A DNA stretch of 64,000 nt from a virus: IMG/VR virus record IMGVR_UViG_3300045988_127492, positions 87,921 to 151,920 of that record; one strand, given 5' to 3'. Below the pieces are notes generated by a model. The model ran no database searches and was not told where the DNA came from. It saw only the letters and a list, made by a program, of their open reading frames with translations. Of this stretch, positions 9,094-17,029 are shown in pieces. The position numbers and the translations under genes were made by a program. Position 1 is the first letter of the stretch, and every line of letters starts with the position of its first letter.

Positions 9094-9732
9094 TTAGTAT
9101 GTAATTTCGATTTCTGTCAGAGAATTACTTACTGAAAGTGCCGCATCTACTTCAGCAGTGAACTCTGCAATTTCTGTTTCCAAATCCTCCATTTCTTTAA
9201 GAACACCAATTGGATCAACAAGTTCCATTGTCTGAGCTTCTATATAAGCTTCTCTAGTTTTTGTAAACTCTTCAGTAGAGGTTTTACCTTCTTTACTGCC
9301 ATAGAGCCCTACAACATAATTTTCAGCTTTATCTTCCAATTTACCATTCTCAGTTATGATCTGAGCCATAGCAGCATCATACTGTTTTTTAATTTTCTGT
9401 TTTAAAAGTTTCTTGAAGTCCATTCCATGATTTTTCATTTCAATAGCTTCAGCTACTGTATACTCTTTATCGGCAACAGTGACTTTAGTTACTGCATTTG
9501 AAAGAACTACAGCTCTTTTAATAGCTTCTCTTCTCTTGATTAAATCAGTTGCTTTATCATAAGAAGATTTCATAACTCCTGTGTAAACTTTGATATCTAC
9601 ACCTTTGACTTTTGTGTTAGAATGCTTATTTGAAATACAAGCTTCTACACTGTTAATCGCTTTAATAATGCGATCATCTAAGATTTTCAGTTCTGCTAAT
9701 GCCTTATGGACATTCATTTTTTCTGTTGTCAT
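9094..9732 (-). CDS. hypothetical coiled-coil protein
   Basis: 212-aa ORF with a strong AGGAGG RBS and charged helical composition. No family named with confidence. Confidence 0.65.
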   Translation of the reverse strand: MTTEKMNVHKALAELKILDDRIIKAINSVEACISNKHSNTKVKGVDIKVYTGVMKSSYDKATDLIKRREAIKRAVVLSNAVTKVTVADKEYTVAEAIEMKNHGMDFKKLLKQKIKKQYDAAMAQIITENGKLEDKAENYVVGLYGSKEGKTSTEEFTKTREAYIEAQTMELVDPIGVLKEMEDLETEIAEFTAEVDAALSVSNSLTEIEITY

Positions 9733-9773
9733 AATAAATACCTCCTGAATTTTAAACTTTAAATTAGTTATCT

Positions 9774-9847
9774 GTGATAAGAGTGGACTCGAACCACTGA
9801 CGCCAAGAGCTATGTGCTCTCCGCTCTCCCAACTGAGCTACTTATCA
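9774..9847 (-). tRNA. tRNA-like gene with CAT anticodon and an aberrant anticodon loop (A33, C32:G38)
   Basis: Acceptor TGATAAG/CTTATCA, canonical D-arm GCTC-AGTTGGGA-GAGC and T-arm AGTGG-TTCGAGT-CCACT. The anticodon loop reads CACATAG and the variable region is 6 nt. Confidence 0.6.
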
Positions 9848-9910
9848 CTTTTCATGCATGACCTGTCGTGCTGCAGTCACAACAGGATTATGTGTACTTT
9901 TTCTTTCTCC

Positions 9911-10237
9911 TTATCCATTATAATTTTCTCCATAGATTGCGATTTCTGGTTTACCATTTTCATCTAATACGTAATATGGTGTAATGCCACTAATGCCACC
10001 ATAACGGTCTGAACCTTGTGCTACATATACAATTTTAGTAGTTTTATCATATACAAAATATTGACTGACCATATACCACCCATTACTCGATGCGATTTTT
10101 ATTTCCTTAAATTCAATAAATTGTCCAAATGATTGAACTTTTTCCCCACTGTCATTTATCTCTTTGTCACCACATCCTGCAAATGAAAATACCAATCCTG
10201 CCATCAATAATCCAACAGTCAAATTTTTAATTTTCAT
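9911..10237 (-). CDS. lipoprotein
   Basis: Signal peptide plus lipobox MKIKNLTVGLLMAGLVFSFAGC. 108 aa. Confidence 0.7.
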   Translation of the reverse strand: MKIKNLTVGLLMAGLVFSFAGCGDKEINDSGEKVQSFGQFIEFKEIKIASSNGWYMVSQYFVYDKTTKIVYVAQGSDRYGGISGITPYYVLDENGKPEIAIYGENYNG

Positions 10238-10353
10238 TTAACTTCTCGCTTCCTTAAGTAATTCTTTTGAATTTTCATCATCTAATTCAAGTTCTCGCTT
10301 GTTTCTTATTGGAACTTTACAGCCTATAAAAGTCACTCCTTCGTCAGGAGAAA

Positions 10354-10427
10354 TGGAAACTCTGGGACTCGAACCCAGGACCGACCGGTTATGAGCCGGT
10401 TGCTCTAACCAACTGAGCTAAGTTTCC
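10354..10427 (-). tRNA. tRNA with CAT anticodon (elongator Met or lysidine-Ile type)
   Basis: Canonical cloverleaf. GGAAACT/AGTTTCC acceptor, ACCGG-CTCATAA-CCGGT anticodon arm, CTGGG-TTCGAGT-CCCAG T-arm. Confidence 0.9.
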
Positions 10428-10795
10428 ATAGTGGGTGAACTTTGAAAACACCCACATATAAAAACGTAACAACTATAATGATTGATTTGTAATCATGTCA
10501 GCTACACGAACAGTCGTCACCATTCCGTTGCCCCATCACTCACCTCTACCTCACTGACTCAATTACTTTTTTCGCCTTATACTAATTACTCATTAGTACA
10601 AAGCACATCTATATAAATGTTTCGTACATCCAAACCATTACTACCAATGTACTGCGTTCCCTTTTTTGAACAGGTTCCAGTTATTAAACCATCCAAATTT
10701 TCACTTAAGTTTTATCTATGTTCGCCATGAACATAAGTAGGTATACCTTAGTTCTATTGGTTACCTCTTTGGCCTTCAGAGCTAACTTAGAACTA

Positions 10796-10867
10796 CGGGG
10801 TAGATGGGATTCGAACCCATGAATGCTGGAGTCAAATTCCAGTGCCTTGCCGCTTGGCCACTACCCT
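10796..10867 (-). tRNA. tRNA-Gln (anticodon TTG)
   Basis: Closely parallels bacterial tRNA-Gln (GCCAAGCGG D-arm, CTGGA-ATTTGAC-TCCAG anticodon arm, ATGGG-TTCGAAT-CCCAT T-arm). Has an A1-C72 mismatch. Confidence 0.8.
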
Positions 10868-10904
10868 CTATAGATACCTATGAAGGTATCTATATATAGA
10901 TTAT

Positions 10905-12005
10905 TTATACTGCATAATGCAATTCTCTACTTTTTACTCTTACAAAAGTCATATATGCTGGCTTCATTGCTTTGATGATCTTTTCATCTTCTTCATCATT
11001 GTAATAATTATCATTCTCTAATTTAATATCATTTCCAGATACATAAATGATGCCTTTCTTATGATCAAACTCACAATCAAGAACTTTACAAGAAGCATCT
11101 ACATAGGTTCCTTTAAAGCAGAATTCCGGTTCAATCCTTGCACTCTTATCAAAGAAATCAATAGTCAATTTTGTGGTTGCTTCAGAACCATCTTCAAGAT
11201 GTAAAGTGGCTTCATATGCAATACTGTTTAAATTAATAATATTTAGATCTTTAATTGCTGTCTCAAAAGGTTCTCCAAAGTTTAATTCAAATGCGATTGC
11301 TCTTAAACAGTCATAGTTTAAATCTACTTTGTGAGCGAAAGAAATTACTTTTTCAATTTCACTGTAATACTGTCTATCCAACTTATCTTCTAGGTACTCT
11401 GTAATTTCAGCATCTGACGGATACTCAAACCTAAAGTGATAGTGGAATCTTCCAGGTCTGTTTACTAAGTAACTATTTAATGAATTGAGATCATTACAAG
11501 TAATTACAAATAATTTCTTTCCCTGCGATAGCCCATCGAATAATGTAAGCATTTCTGTTTGAGGATCCGCCATACCCTCAGCAGCTTTGACACCGCCAAA
11601 TGTCTTGTCAAACTCATCAAACAGTACCATCACTTCCTGTTCAATCTCCTCTATGAAGCTAGCAATTCCGGGGATATATGTATCCACAATGATAACTGGC
11701 AATCCAGTTTTTGCCGCTTCAACAGCCAACGTTTTCGCAAATAATGATTTTCCAATTCCTTTGTTTCCAGAAAGAATAACACCAAGATTTTTCTCTGCTT
11801 TTGGAAAGGCTTTAAGAACTTTCTCAACCTTACTCATATGTACTCCATAAGTTTTCTCTTTAATTTCAATATCTGCATACTTTTCTAAAAAGAAACCGGA
11901 ATTTTTTTGGAATCTCACAACGTAATTCTGTGCTGGAAGCTTATCAAAAGTTTCTAATGAATCGTCATAAGTTCTAAATGTGTTTCCTACTTTAATAATT
12001 CTCAT
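10905..12005 (-). CDS. AAA+ ATPase
   Basis: Walker A GNKGIGKS and Walker B VLFDEFDK. Sensor region followed by a ~130-aa C-terminal domain of unknown family. Confidence 0.8.
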   Translation of the reverse strand: MRIIKVGNTFRTYDDSLETFDKLPAQNYVVRFQKNSGFFLEKYADIEIKEKTYGVHMSKVEKVLKAFPKAEKNLGVILSGNKGIGKSLFAKTLAVEAAKTGLPVIIVDTYIPGIASFIEEIEQEVMVLFDEFDKTFGGVKAAEGMADPQTEMLTLFDGLSQGKKLFVITCNDLNSLNSYLVNRPGRFHYHFRFEYPSDAEITEYLEDKLDRQYYSEIEKVISFAHKVDLNYDCLRAIAFELNFGEPFETAIKDLNIINLNSIAYEATLHLEDGSEATTKLTIDFFDKSARIEPEFCFKGTYVDASCKVLDCEFDHKKGIIYVSGNDIKLENDNYYNDEEDEKIIKAMKPAYMTFVRVKSRELHYAV

Positions 12006-12054
12006 TCTTCATTTCTCCTATTTGAGTTTTACAAAATGGTTTATATGTTAAAAA

Positions 12055-12960
12055 TTAGTGACCATTGACATCTGCTTCATGTAATAACATTACATCTGAA
12101 AACATTTTGTCTCCGATCAATCGTTTATCTTTATTTCTTGCTCTTCTTGATTGAGCCCATGATAAATATGGATGCATATGATAATAAATCAAATTAGCTA
12201 TATAAAAGATATCAAACATATCTTTCCCCGTAGTTACATCAGAGAAATCGCAAGATGTCAAAAATTCATATGCTCCAACACAATGATGCTGATAATAGTG
12301 ACAGTAATCATCCTCTTCTCCTTTTTTATTGATTCTTGATTTAGTAAATAATTTTCCTATATCATGAACCCAAGCTGCAACCCATAAATTAGAGTCTTCT
12401 GTTGGAACTCCTGCTGAAACCTTTTTCAGATGTCCGTAAAGAGTCAAGGTATGATGTGGATTTTCCTGATCAAAATCACGAGTCATATCTATTAAATCAT
12501 TCAAATCTTTACAGTCATCCTGTACAACTCTGATTTCATTGAATCCTTCATGGCACATAGGCGGAGAAAACGTTTTTCTCATTCTAGTAATTACTTCGTC
12601 AGGCACTGGAATTTCTCTTTTTAAATTATCTTCCAAACACTTTTCATATGTTTTTAAGAATACAACACAGGTTTTATAAACTTGTTTACTAACCTGCTTT
12701 AAAAAATGCACTCTCCTTTTCTTTACTAAGTTAGTAGCATCATAGATAACTGAATGAGTTTTCAGATCTTCCAGTATCCTTCGATGTAACTCTTCAAATA
12801 CTTTATTATTATCTGAATCATCAAAATTATCTCCGTACATTTCTCTTCTGAGTTTATCAGATGAATGTAGTATATACTCCGGATTAGCTTCTACATAGGC
12901 CTTAGCCCAAGTACTCTTACCAGAAGCAGGAAGTCCTACTAACATAATCAATTCATTCAT
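12055..12960 (-). CDS. bifunctional polynucleotide 5'-kinase (T4 Pnk-like P-loop) fused to a C-terminal HD phosphohydrolase domain
   Basis: N-terminus LVGLPASGKSTWAKAY...DATNL...RR...VPDEVITRM parallels the T4 Pnk kinase domain. The C-terminus has H...HD (AAWVHDIGK) metal-site motifs. Confidence 0.75.
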   Translation of the reverse strand: MNELIMLVGLPASGKSTWAKAYVEANPEYILHSSDKLRREMYGDNFDDSDNNKVFEELHRRILEDLKTHSVIYDATNLVKKRRVHFLKQVSKQVYKTCVVFLKTYEKCLEDNLKREIPVPDEVITRMRKTFSPPMCHEGFNEIRVVQDDCKDLNDLIDMTRDFDQENPHHTLTLYGHLKKVSAGVPTEDSNLWVAAWVHDIGKLFTKSRINKKGEEDDYCHYYQHHCVGAYEFLTSCDFSDVTTGKDMFDIFYIANLIYYHMHPYLSWAQSRRARNKDKRLIGDKMFSDVMLLHEADVNGH

Positions 12961-13595
12961 TATGTAATCTCCTCTATCTCTTTACAAATTTTTTCTGCAG
13001 TTTCTTTAGATATATACTTCTGATTAAAGAACTCTTGTCCAATATCTGATCTAATTTGATATTTCTGCTTGTCAGGATTAGGTTTTCCTTCTCCATTTAC
13101 AATTTGAGGTAATGAAGCAGTTTGGAGATAATCTATATAATATAAATCTTCTTTTATACTTCTTCGTTTCTCTCTAATTGCTTTCTTAATTTTATAAGCC
13201 CAATATCCAGAAGTAACATTTAATTTATTAAATTCGATATAGTGATCAAGGTCCTGAGATATAAGTTCTAGTTCTTTTAACTGTTTCTCTAATGGTCCTC
13301 TATTACCTAAAATTTCTTTAATAGGCAATATACTGTCATCTATTTTCTTTTTATAATCACCAATTTCTACAAGAGATTTATTCTGCTGTACAAAACCGAC
13401 TCTCTCATCAACTGATGTTACTTTCCAAGGGGCGTATGTACTTAAGTTTTTTGGAATTGTTGATATCCTGTTTAAAGCTTTTGGCACATTATCAAACTTC
13501 TGTGCAGACTTTAGATCTACTACATGAGGCGGATATCCATGCTTAAACAATAAGTAATTTCCAGGATATTTTTCACTTTCTAAAACATATTTCAT
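12960..13595 (-). CDS. hypothetical protein
   Basis: 211-aa ORF with a GGAAGAGG RBS, directly downstream of two sigma-A type promoters. Confidence 0.6.
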   Translation of the reverse strand: MKYVLESEKYPGNYLLFKHGYPPHVVDLKSAQKFDNVPKALNRISTIPKNLSTYAPWKVTSVDERVGFVQQNKSLVEIGDYKKKIDDSILPIKEILGNRGPLEKQLKELELISQDLDHYIEFNKLNVTSGYWAYKIKKAIREKRRSIKEDLYYIDYLQTASLPQIVNGEGKPNPDKQKYQIRSDIGQEFFNQKYISKETAEKICKEIEEIT

Positions 13596-13618
13596 TTTCC
13601 TCTTCCTTCGATGTTTGT

Positions 13619-13647
13619 ATTATATCGCAGTTTACATTTTGCGTCAA
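13619..13647 (-). promoter_or_regulatory. sigma-A type promoter TTGACG-N17-TATAAT
   Basis: Minus strand reads TTGACG caaaatgtaaactgcga TATAAT, ~24 nt upstream of the 13595 start codon. Confidence 0.75.
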
Positions 13648-13707
13648 GAGGTTTTACAAACTTGTTTATAAGTTTAAAAAATTTGTTTCCTCTCTTAACT
13701 TGTTTTA

Positions 13708-13736
13708 AGTATATCACAGTCATTTCATCTTGTCAA
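13708..13736 (-). promoter_or_regulatory. sigma-A type promoter TTGACA-N17-TATACT (tandem with 13619-13647; -35 overlaps the ligA stop)
   Basis: Minus strand reads TTGACA agatgaaatgactgtga TATACT. It has the same upstream TATAAAC-N5-TGTAAAAC element as its neighbour. Confidence 0.65.
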
Positions 13737-15769
13737 CATGTTTTTACAAAATTGTTTATAAAATCTTTTTCTGAAATAATCGGCACACCAAGCTGTGTAG
13801 CCTTTACATTTTTACTGCTCTTTGATGTTGTATCATTATTAATAAGGTAGCTAGTCTTTTTAGTCACAGAGCCTGTCACTTTGCCTCCCAGTGATTCTAT
13901 CTTCTCTACCAACGCAACCCTATTGGTGAACTCAGTGAGTGTCCCAGTAATGCAGAACGTTTTTCCCTTTAAACTATCTTCTACAATTTGTTGAGGAATC
14001 TCTTCAAACTGAAATTCTGCTGCAAGTTCATTTATATATCTTTCATTTTCTTCAAAATAATTTTTTAGAGAAGATGCTTTCGCGAATCCAAAATCCTCCA
14101 GACATGTGAAATCATACTGAGAATTCATATCTTCAATGAAACTGTCAAAAGCTGTTTTTAATCCTTTTTCTCTTGCTCTTTTCTCTTCGATATTATTTAA
14201 TTGTTTACTAACATTACGACCTATTAAAGGTATCGACAACCCATAAAGGAATTTAGGTAACGTTGTTTTACGGCATTTTTCTATTGATTCCAGAATTTTA
14301 TCAACTTTCTTTGCACCTAATCCTTGTAGTGTCAGCAACATTTCTCTACAATTCTTTAAATAAAATAAATCTATTGGCCCTTTAATAAACTCTTTCTCTA
14401 TTAAAAGATTCAAGGTAGATTTAGAAAGCCCAGTAATATCATGCGCTTCTTTACTTACAAAAGTACACAATTCACCAAGAAGTTTTCCCTTGCACTCAAG
14501 GTTCATACATTGAAGTTCCTCTGTTTCGTTCCCACCAATAACCTTTGTATGTCCACCACAAATAGGACATTTATCTGGAACTGTAAACAAATTATTTTTG
14601 TTTCTAGTCAGGTTCTCCGCAATCTGCGGAATGATCATATTAGCTTTATATACAGTGATCGTATCCCCTACAGATAACTCATAGCTTTTGAAAATACTTA
14701 CATTGTGTAAACTAGCTCTCTCAACGATGGTATCATCTATCTCAACCGGATCAAACACTGCTACGGGTGTTAACTGACCAGTCTTTCCCATGCTCCATTC
14801 TACGTTTCTGATCACTGTTTCAAACTTATCATCTGCAAATTTATAAGCCAATTGAGAACGAACATGGTGTGATGTTTCTCCTAGGCTTTCGCCATAGGCA
14901 ATATCATCATATGAAAATACGATTCCATCAATAGGAACATCTTTTTCTCTTGCAGTCTCTCTAAGGATTCTAATATCTTCTTCAATATTATCAACCTTTA
15001 CCCAAGGAACCACTTCAAATCCAAGAAGTTCTAATATCTGCAGTCTTTTCATAAAGCTATTACCATCTATGCCGCGAACCGCCTTCCAAGCAACAAAATT
15101 AATTTTTCTTTCTTTTGTAATAGAGCTATCAAGCTGCCTGACGGAACCAGCAGCTAAGTTCCTAATATTCTTAATGCCGTTCTCCTTGATATATTTTTCT
15201 AATTCTTCACCAAAAAGACCTTTTCTTTCTCCTTCTTCTTTCAACTCAATGTCTTTCAGTTCTTTAAGATGAATGTATTGATGAATTTCCATAATAGCTT
15301 CTCCATCTACTACCACCTCATCTTTATACGGAATTTCTTTCGGAAGATTTACAAAAGTGTTTACTGTATGTAAAACATCTTCGCCAATAACTCCATTACC
15401 TCTAGTCTCTGCTGCAACTAATTTACCATCTATATATTTTACTGAAATAGTAAGCCCATCCATTTTTAGCATAGCCAATCCAGGCAAACCATTCATAAAG
15501 TTTTCAACATCACTTATATCTTTTGTCTTGTCTAAAGACAGCATTGGATGATCGTGTTCAACTTTTTCCAACTCACTAACTGTTTCTGAGCCAACACTAA
15601 TAGTGGGACTGTTGGCTAAAATAATACCTGTAGCATGTTCAAGTTCTTTAAGTCGATCATATTTTTTATCATATTCATAATTAGAAATTAGAGAAGTGTC
15701 TTCCATATAATATGCATGAGCATATATACTTAATTCTTCCACTAATTCACGCATTTCCTTTAAAAGCAC
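13733..15769 (-). CDS. ligA: NAD+-dependent DNA ligase
   Basis: KxDG adenylation motif (LKMDGLTISVKY), Zn finger CPICGG...CMNLEC, HhH region and C-terminal BRCT (GKTFCITGTL). 678 aa. Confidence 0.92.
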   Translation of the reverse strand: MLLKEMRELVEELSIYAHAYYMEDTSLISNYEYDKKYDRLKELEHATGIILANSPTISVGSETVSELEKVEHDHPMLSLDKTKDISDVENFMNGLPGLAMLKMDGLTISVKYIDGKLVAAETRGNGVIGEDVLHTVNTFVNLPKEIPYKDEVVVDGEAIMEIHQYIHLKELKDIELKEEGERKGLFGEELEKYIKENGIKNIRNLAAGSVRQLDSSITKERKINFVAWKAVRGIDGNSFMKRLQILELLGFEVVPWVKVDNIEEDIRILRETAREKDVPIDGIVFSYDDIAYGESLGETSHHVRSQLAYKFADDKFETVIRNVEWSMGKTGQLTPVAVFDPVEIDDTIVERASLHNVSIFKSYELSVGDTITVYKANMIIPQIAENLTRNKNNLFTVPDKCPICGGHTKVIGGNETEELQCMNLECKGKLLGELCTFVSKEAHDITGLSKSTLNLLIEKEFIKGPIDLFYLKNCREMLLTLQGLGAKKVDKILESIEKCRKTTLPKFLYGLSIPLIGRNVSKQLNNIEEKRAREKGLKTAFDSFIEDMNSQYDFTCLEDFGFAKASSLKNYFEENERYINELAAEFQFEEIPQQIVEDSLKGKTFCITGTLTEFTNRVALVEKIESLGGKVTGSVTKKTSYLINNDTTSKSSKNVKATQLGVPIISEKDFINNFVKTC

Positions 15770-16026
15770 CCTTCTTCCTCCATTTTGTACAAAATAATAT
15801 AATCTTTATCATGAACAAACTTTTGTCCTTCCTCTGTCGGAACCTCTTCATATAAATCTGGTTCCAATTTTATGTATGAGTCTCCGGTCTCTATTCTTAC
15901 CGTACTTCCCTCTTCGTATATATTTTCGATTACAAAATTCATCCACCCCATTTCTGTGCCGTTCATATGACAAATTAATCCAATTCTTTCTTCAGTTCCA
16001 AAACATTCATAAAGTCTTTCTAACAC
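15760..16026 (-). CDS. hypothetical acidic protein
   Basis: 88-aa ORF with a GGAGGG RBS. Overlaps the ligA start by 10 nt. Confidence 0.55.
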   Translation of the reverse strand: MLERLYECFGTEERIGLICHMNGTEMGWMNFVIENIYEEGSTVRIETGDSYIKLEPDLYEEVPTEEGQKFVHDKDYIILYKMEEEGCF

Positions 16027-16072
16027 TGCAATCCCTCCAATGTTCGAACGTTTGTTCGGTTGCTATGTTTAA

Positions 16073-16113
16073 ATATTACCACACACAGAGAATTAAGTCA
16101 ATCTATGTGTGGT
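16073..16113 (-). promoter_or_regulatory. sigma-A type promoter TTGACT-N17-TAATAT bracketed by an 8-bp inverted repeat (ACCACACA / TGTGTGGT), a candidate operator
   Basis: Minus strand reads TTGACT taattctctgtgtgtgg TAATAT. Inverted-repeat arms at 16078-16085 and 16106-16113 flank the -35 and overlap the -10 region. Confidence 0.7.
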
Positions 16114-16122
16114 ATCATTTAT

Positions 16123-17028
16123 TTATAAATAATTATAATATTTGATTCTAAGTGCCTTTTTAGTATAGCCATTTATATTATAATTTGAATTAACCTTTTT
16201 GATATATTGTTCTTCAAAAATTGTTTCTTTAGAAACGCCATATTTTTCCATTATGTCTTTTAATTGTTCCACTATCCCAGCTGTATAAAGTCGAGGTATG
16301 GTAAGATATGGAATATTTTCTTCTTTCCTAAGAACTATCAATCGACTTGTTAATCTTAAATTCAGAGCCTCCAACGTATTACTACGTATATTCTTCCTGG
16401 AGTTAACTATATTTCCCTCCATATTTAATGAAGTTACATTCCCAGTAGAAGATATATACTCTTCTTCTTGTGAACTAGCTTTAGCTAACTCTACTAATTC
16501 CTCTGATAAAATTCTTTTTTCTCCATTTTCAAAAGTAAGGATATTCCCGTTGAGTTTACTTATTTTAACTCTTAAAAGTTCACCAACTTCTTCTGTTCTT
16601 ACCCCTTCAAATAAAGCCAAAATTAAAAATTTATCAGAAAAATTTTTAAATTGGGAAATGTCTTCTAAAACTTGTGCTCTACTAGGGCACACTGCTTTCT
16701 CTTTATTAAGATATTTTTGTAAATATTCCGCACTTGTGCCTAGCTCATCATAATGATTTATATTATCAATTGAAATATTGCAAGAACAACACCAATCCGT
16801 ATACTTCCGTAAAATACTTATAATTTTTCTTATTGCATTTAATGAGGAAGCTAAAAATATAGGTAATAATTTATCTATCTCAGACAAAGTAAAATCACAT
16901 ATATCTTTATCAAGTAGTTCCTCATAACTCTCTGTTTTGTTAAAAAGCGATTTAGCACTTGATGGAGTTTGTTCAAGATCTTCTACTATATAACGTAAAT
17001 ACTCTTGCTTCCGTTCTTTGTTATACAT
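16123..17028 (-). CDS. tyrosine-recombinase-like protein lacking catalytic His/Tyr residues (possible MrpR/YopR-type repressor)
   Basis: N-terminal SAM-like region and box I-like LALFEGVRTEEVGELL, but no HxxR and no His at all in the C-terminal half. ATG 17028 with a GAGGAGG RBS. Confidence 0.45.
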   Translation of the reverse strand: MYNKERKQEYLRYIVEDLEQTPSSAKSLFNKTESYEELLDKDICDFTLSEIDKLLPIFLASSLNAIRKIISILRKYTDWCCSCNISIDNINHYDELGTSAEYLQKYLNKEKAVCPSRAQVLEDISQFKNFSDKFLILALFEGVRTEEVGELLRVKISKLNGNILTFENGEKRILSEELVELAKASSQEEEYISSTGNVTSLNMEGNIVNSRKNIRSNTLEALNLRLTSRLIVLRKEENIPYLTIPRLYTAGIVEQLKDIMEKYGVSKETIFEEQYIKKVNSNYNINGYTKKALRIKYYNYL

Positions 17029-17029
17029 A

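Noticed and set aside
8584-10893. A possible CRISPR-like or other regular repeat array among the tRNA-associated hairpins.
   Set aside because: The hairpins have unrelated sequences and irregular spacing. There is no repeat-spacer periodicity and there are no cas genes.
12021-12050. An antisense (plus-strand) promoter formed by the inverted copy of the 40707-40735 promoter cassette (TTTGAG-N15-TATATG).
   Set aside because: The -35 is degenerate, the spacer is 2 nt short and the -10 is imperfect. It points into the 3' end of a convergent gene with no plus-strand target. I kept it only as a repeat copy in the motif finding.
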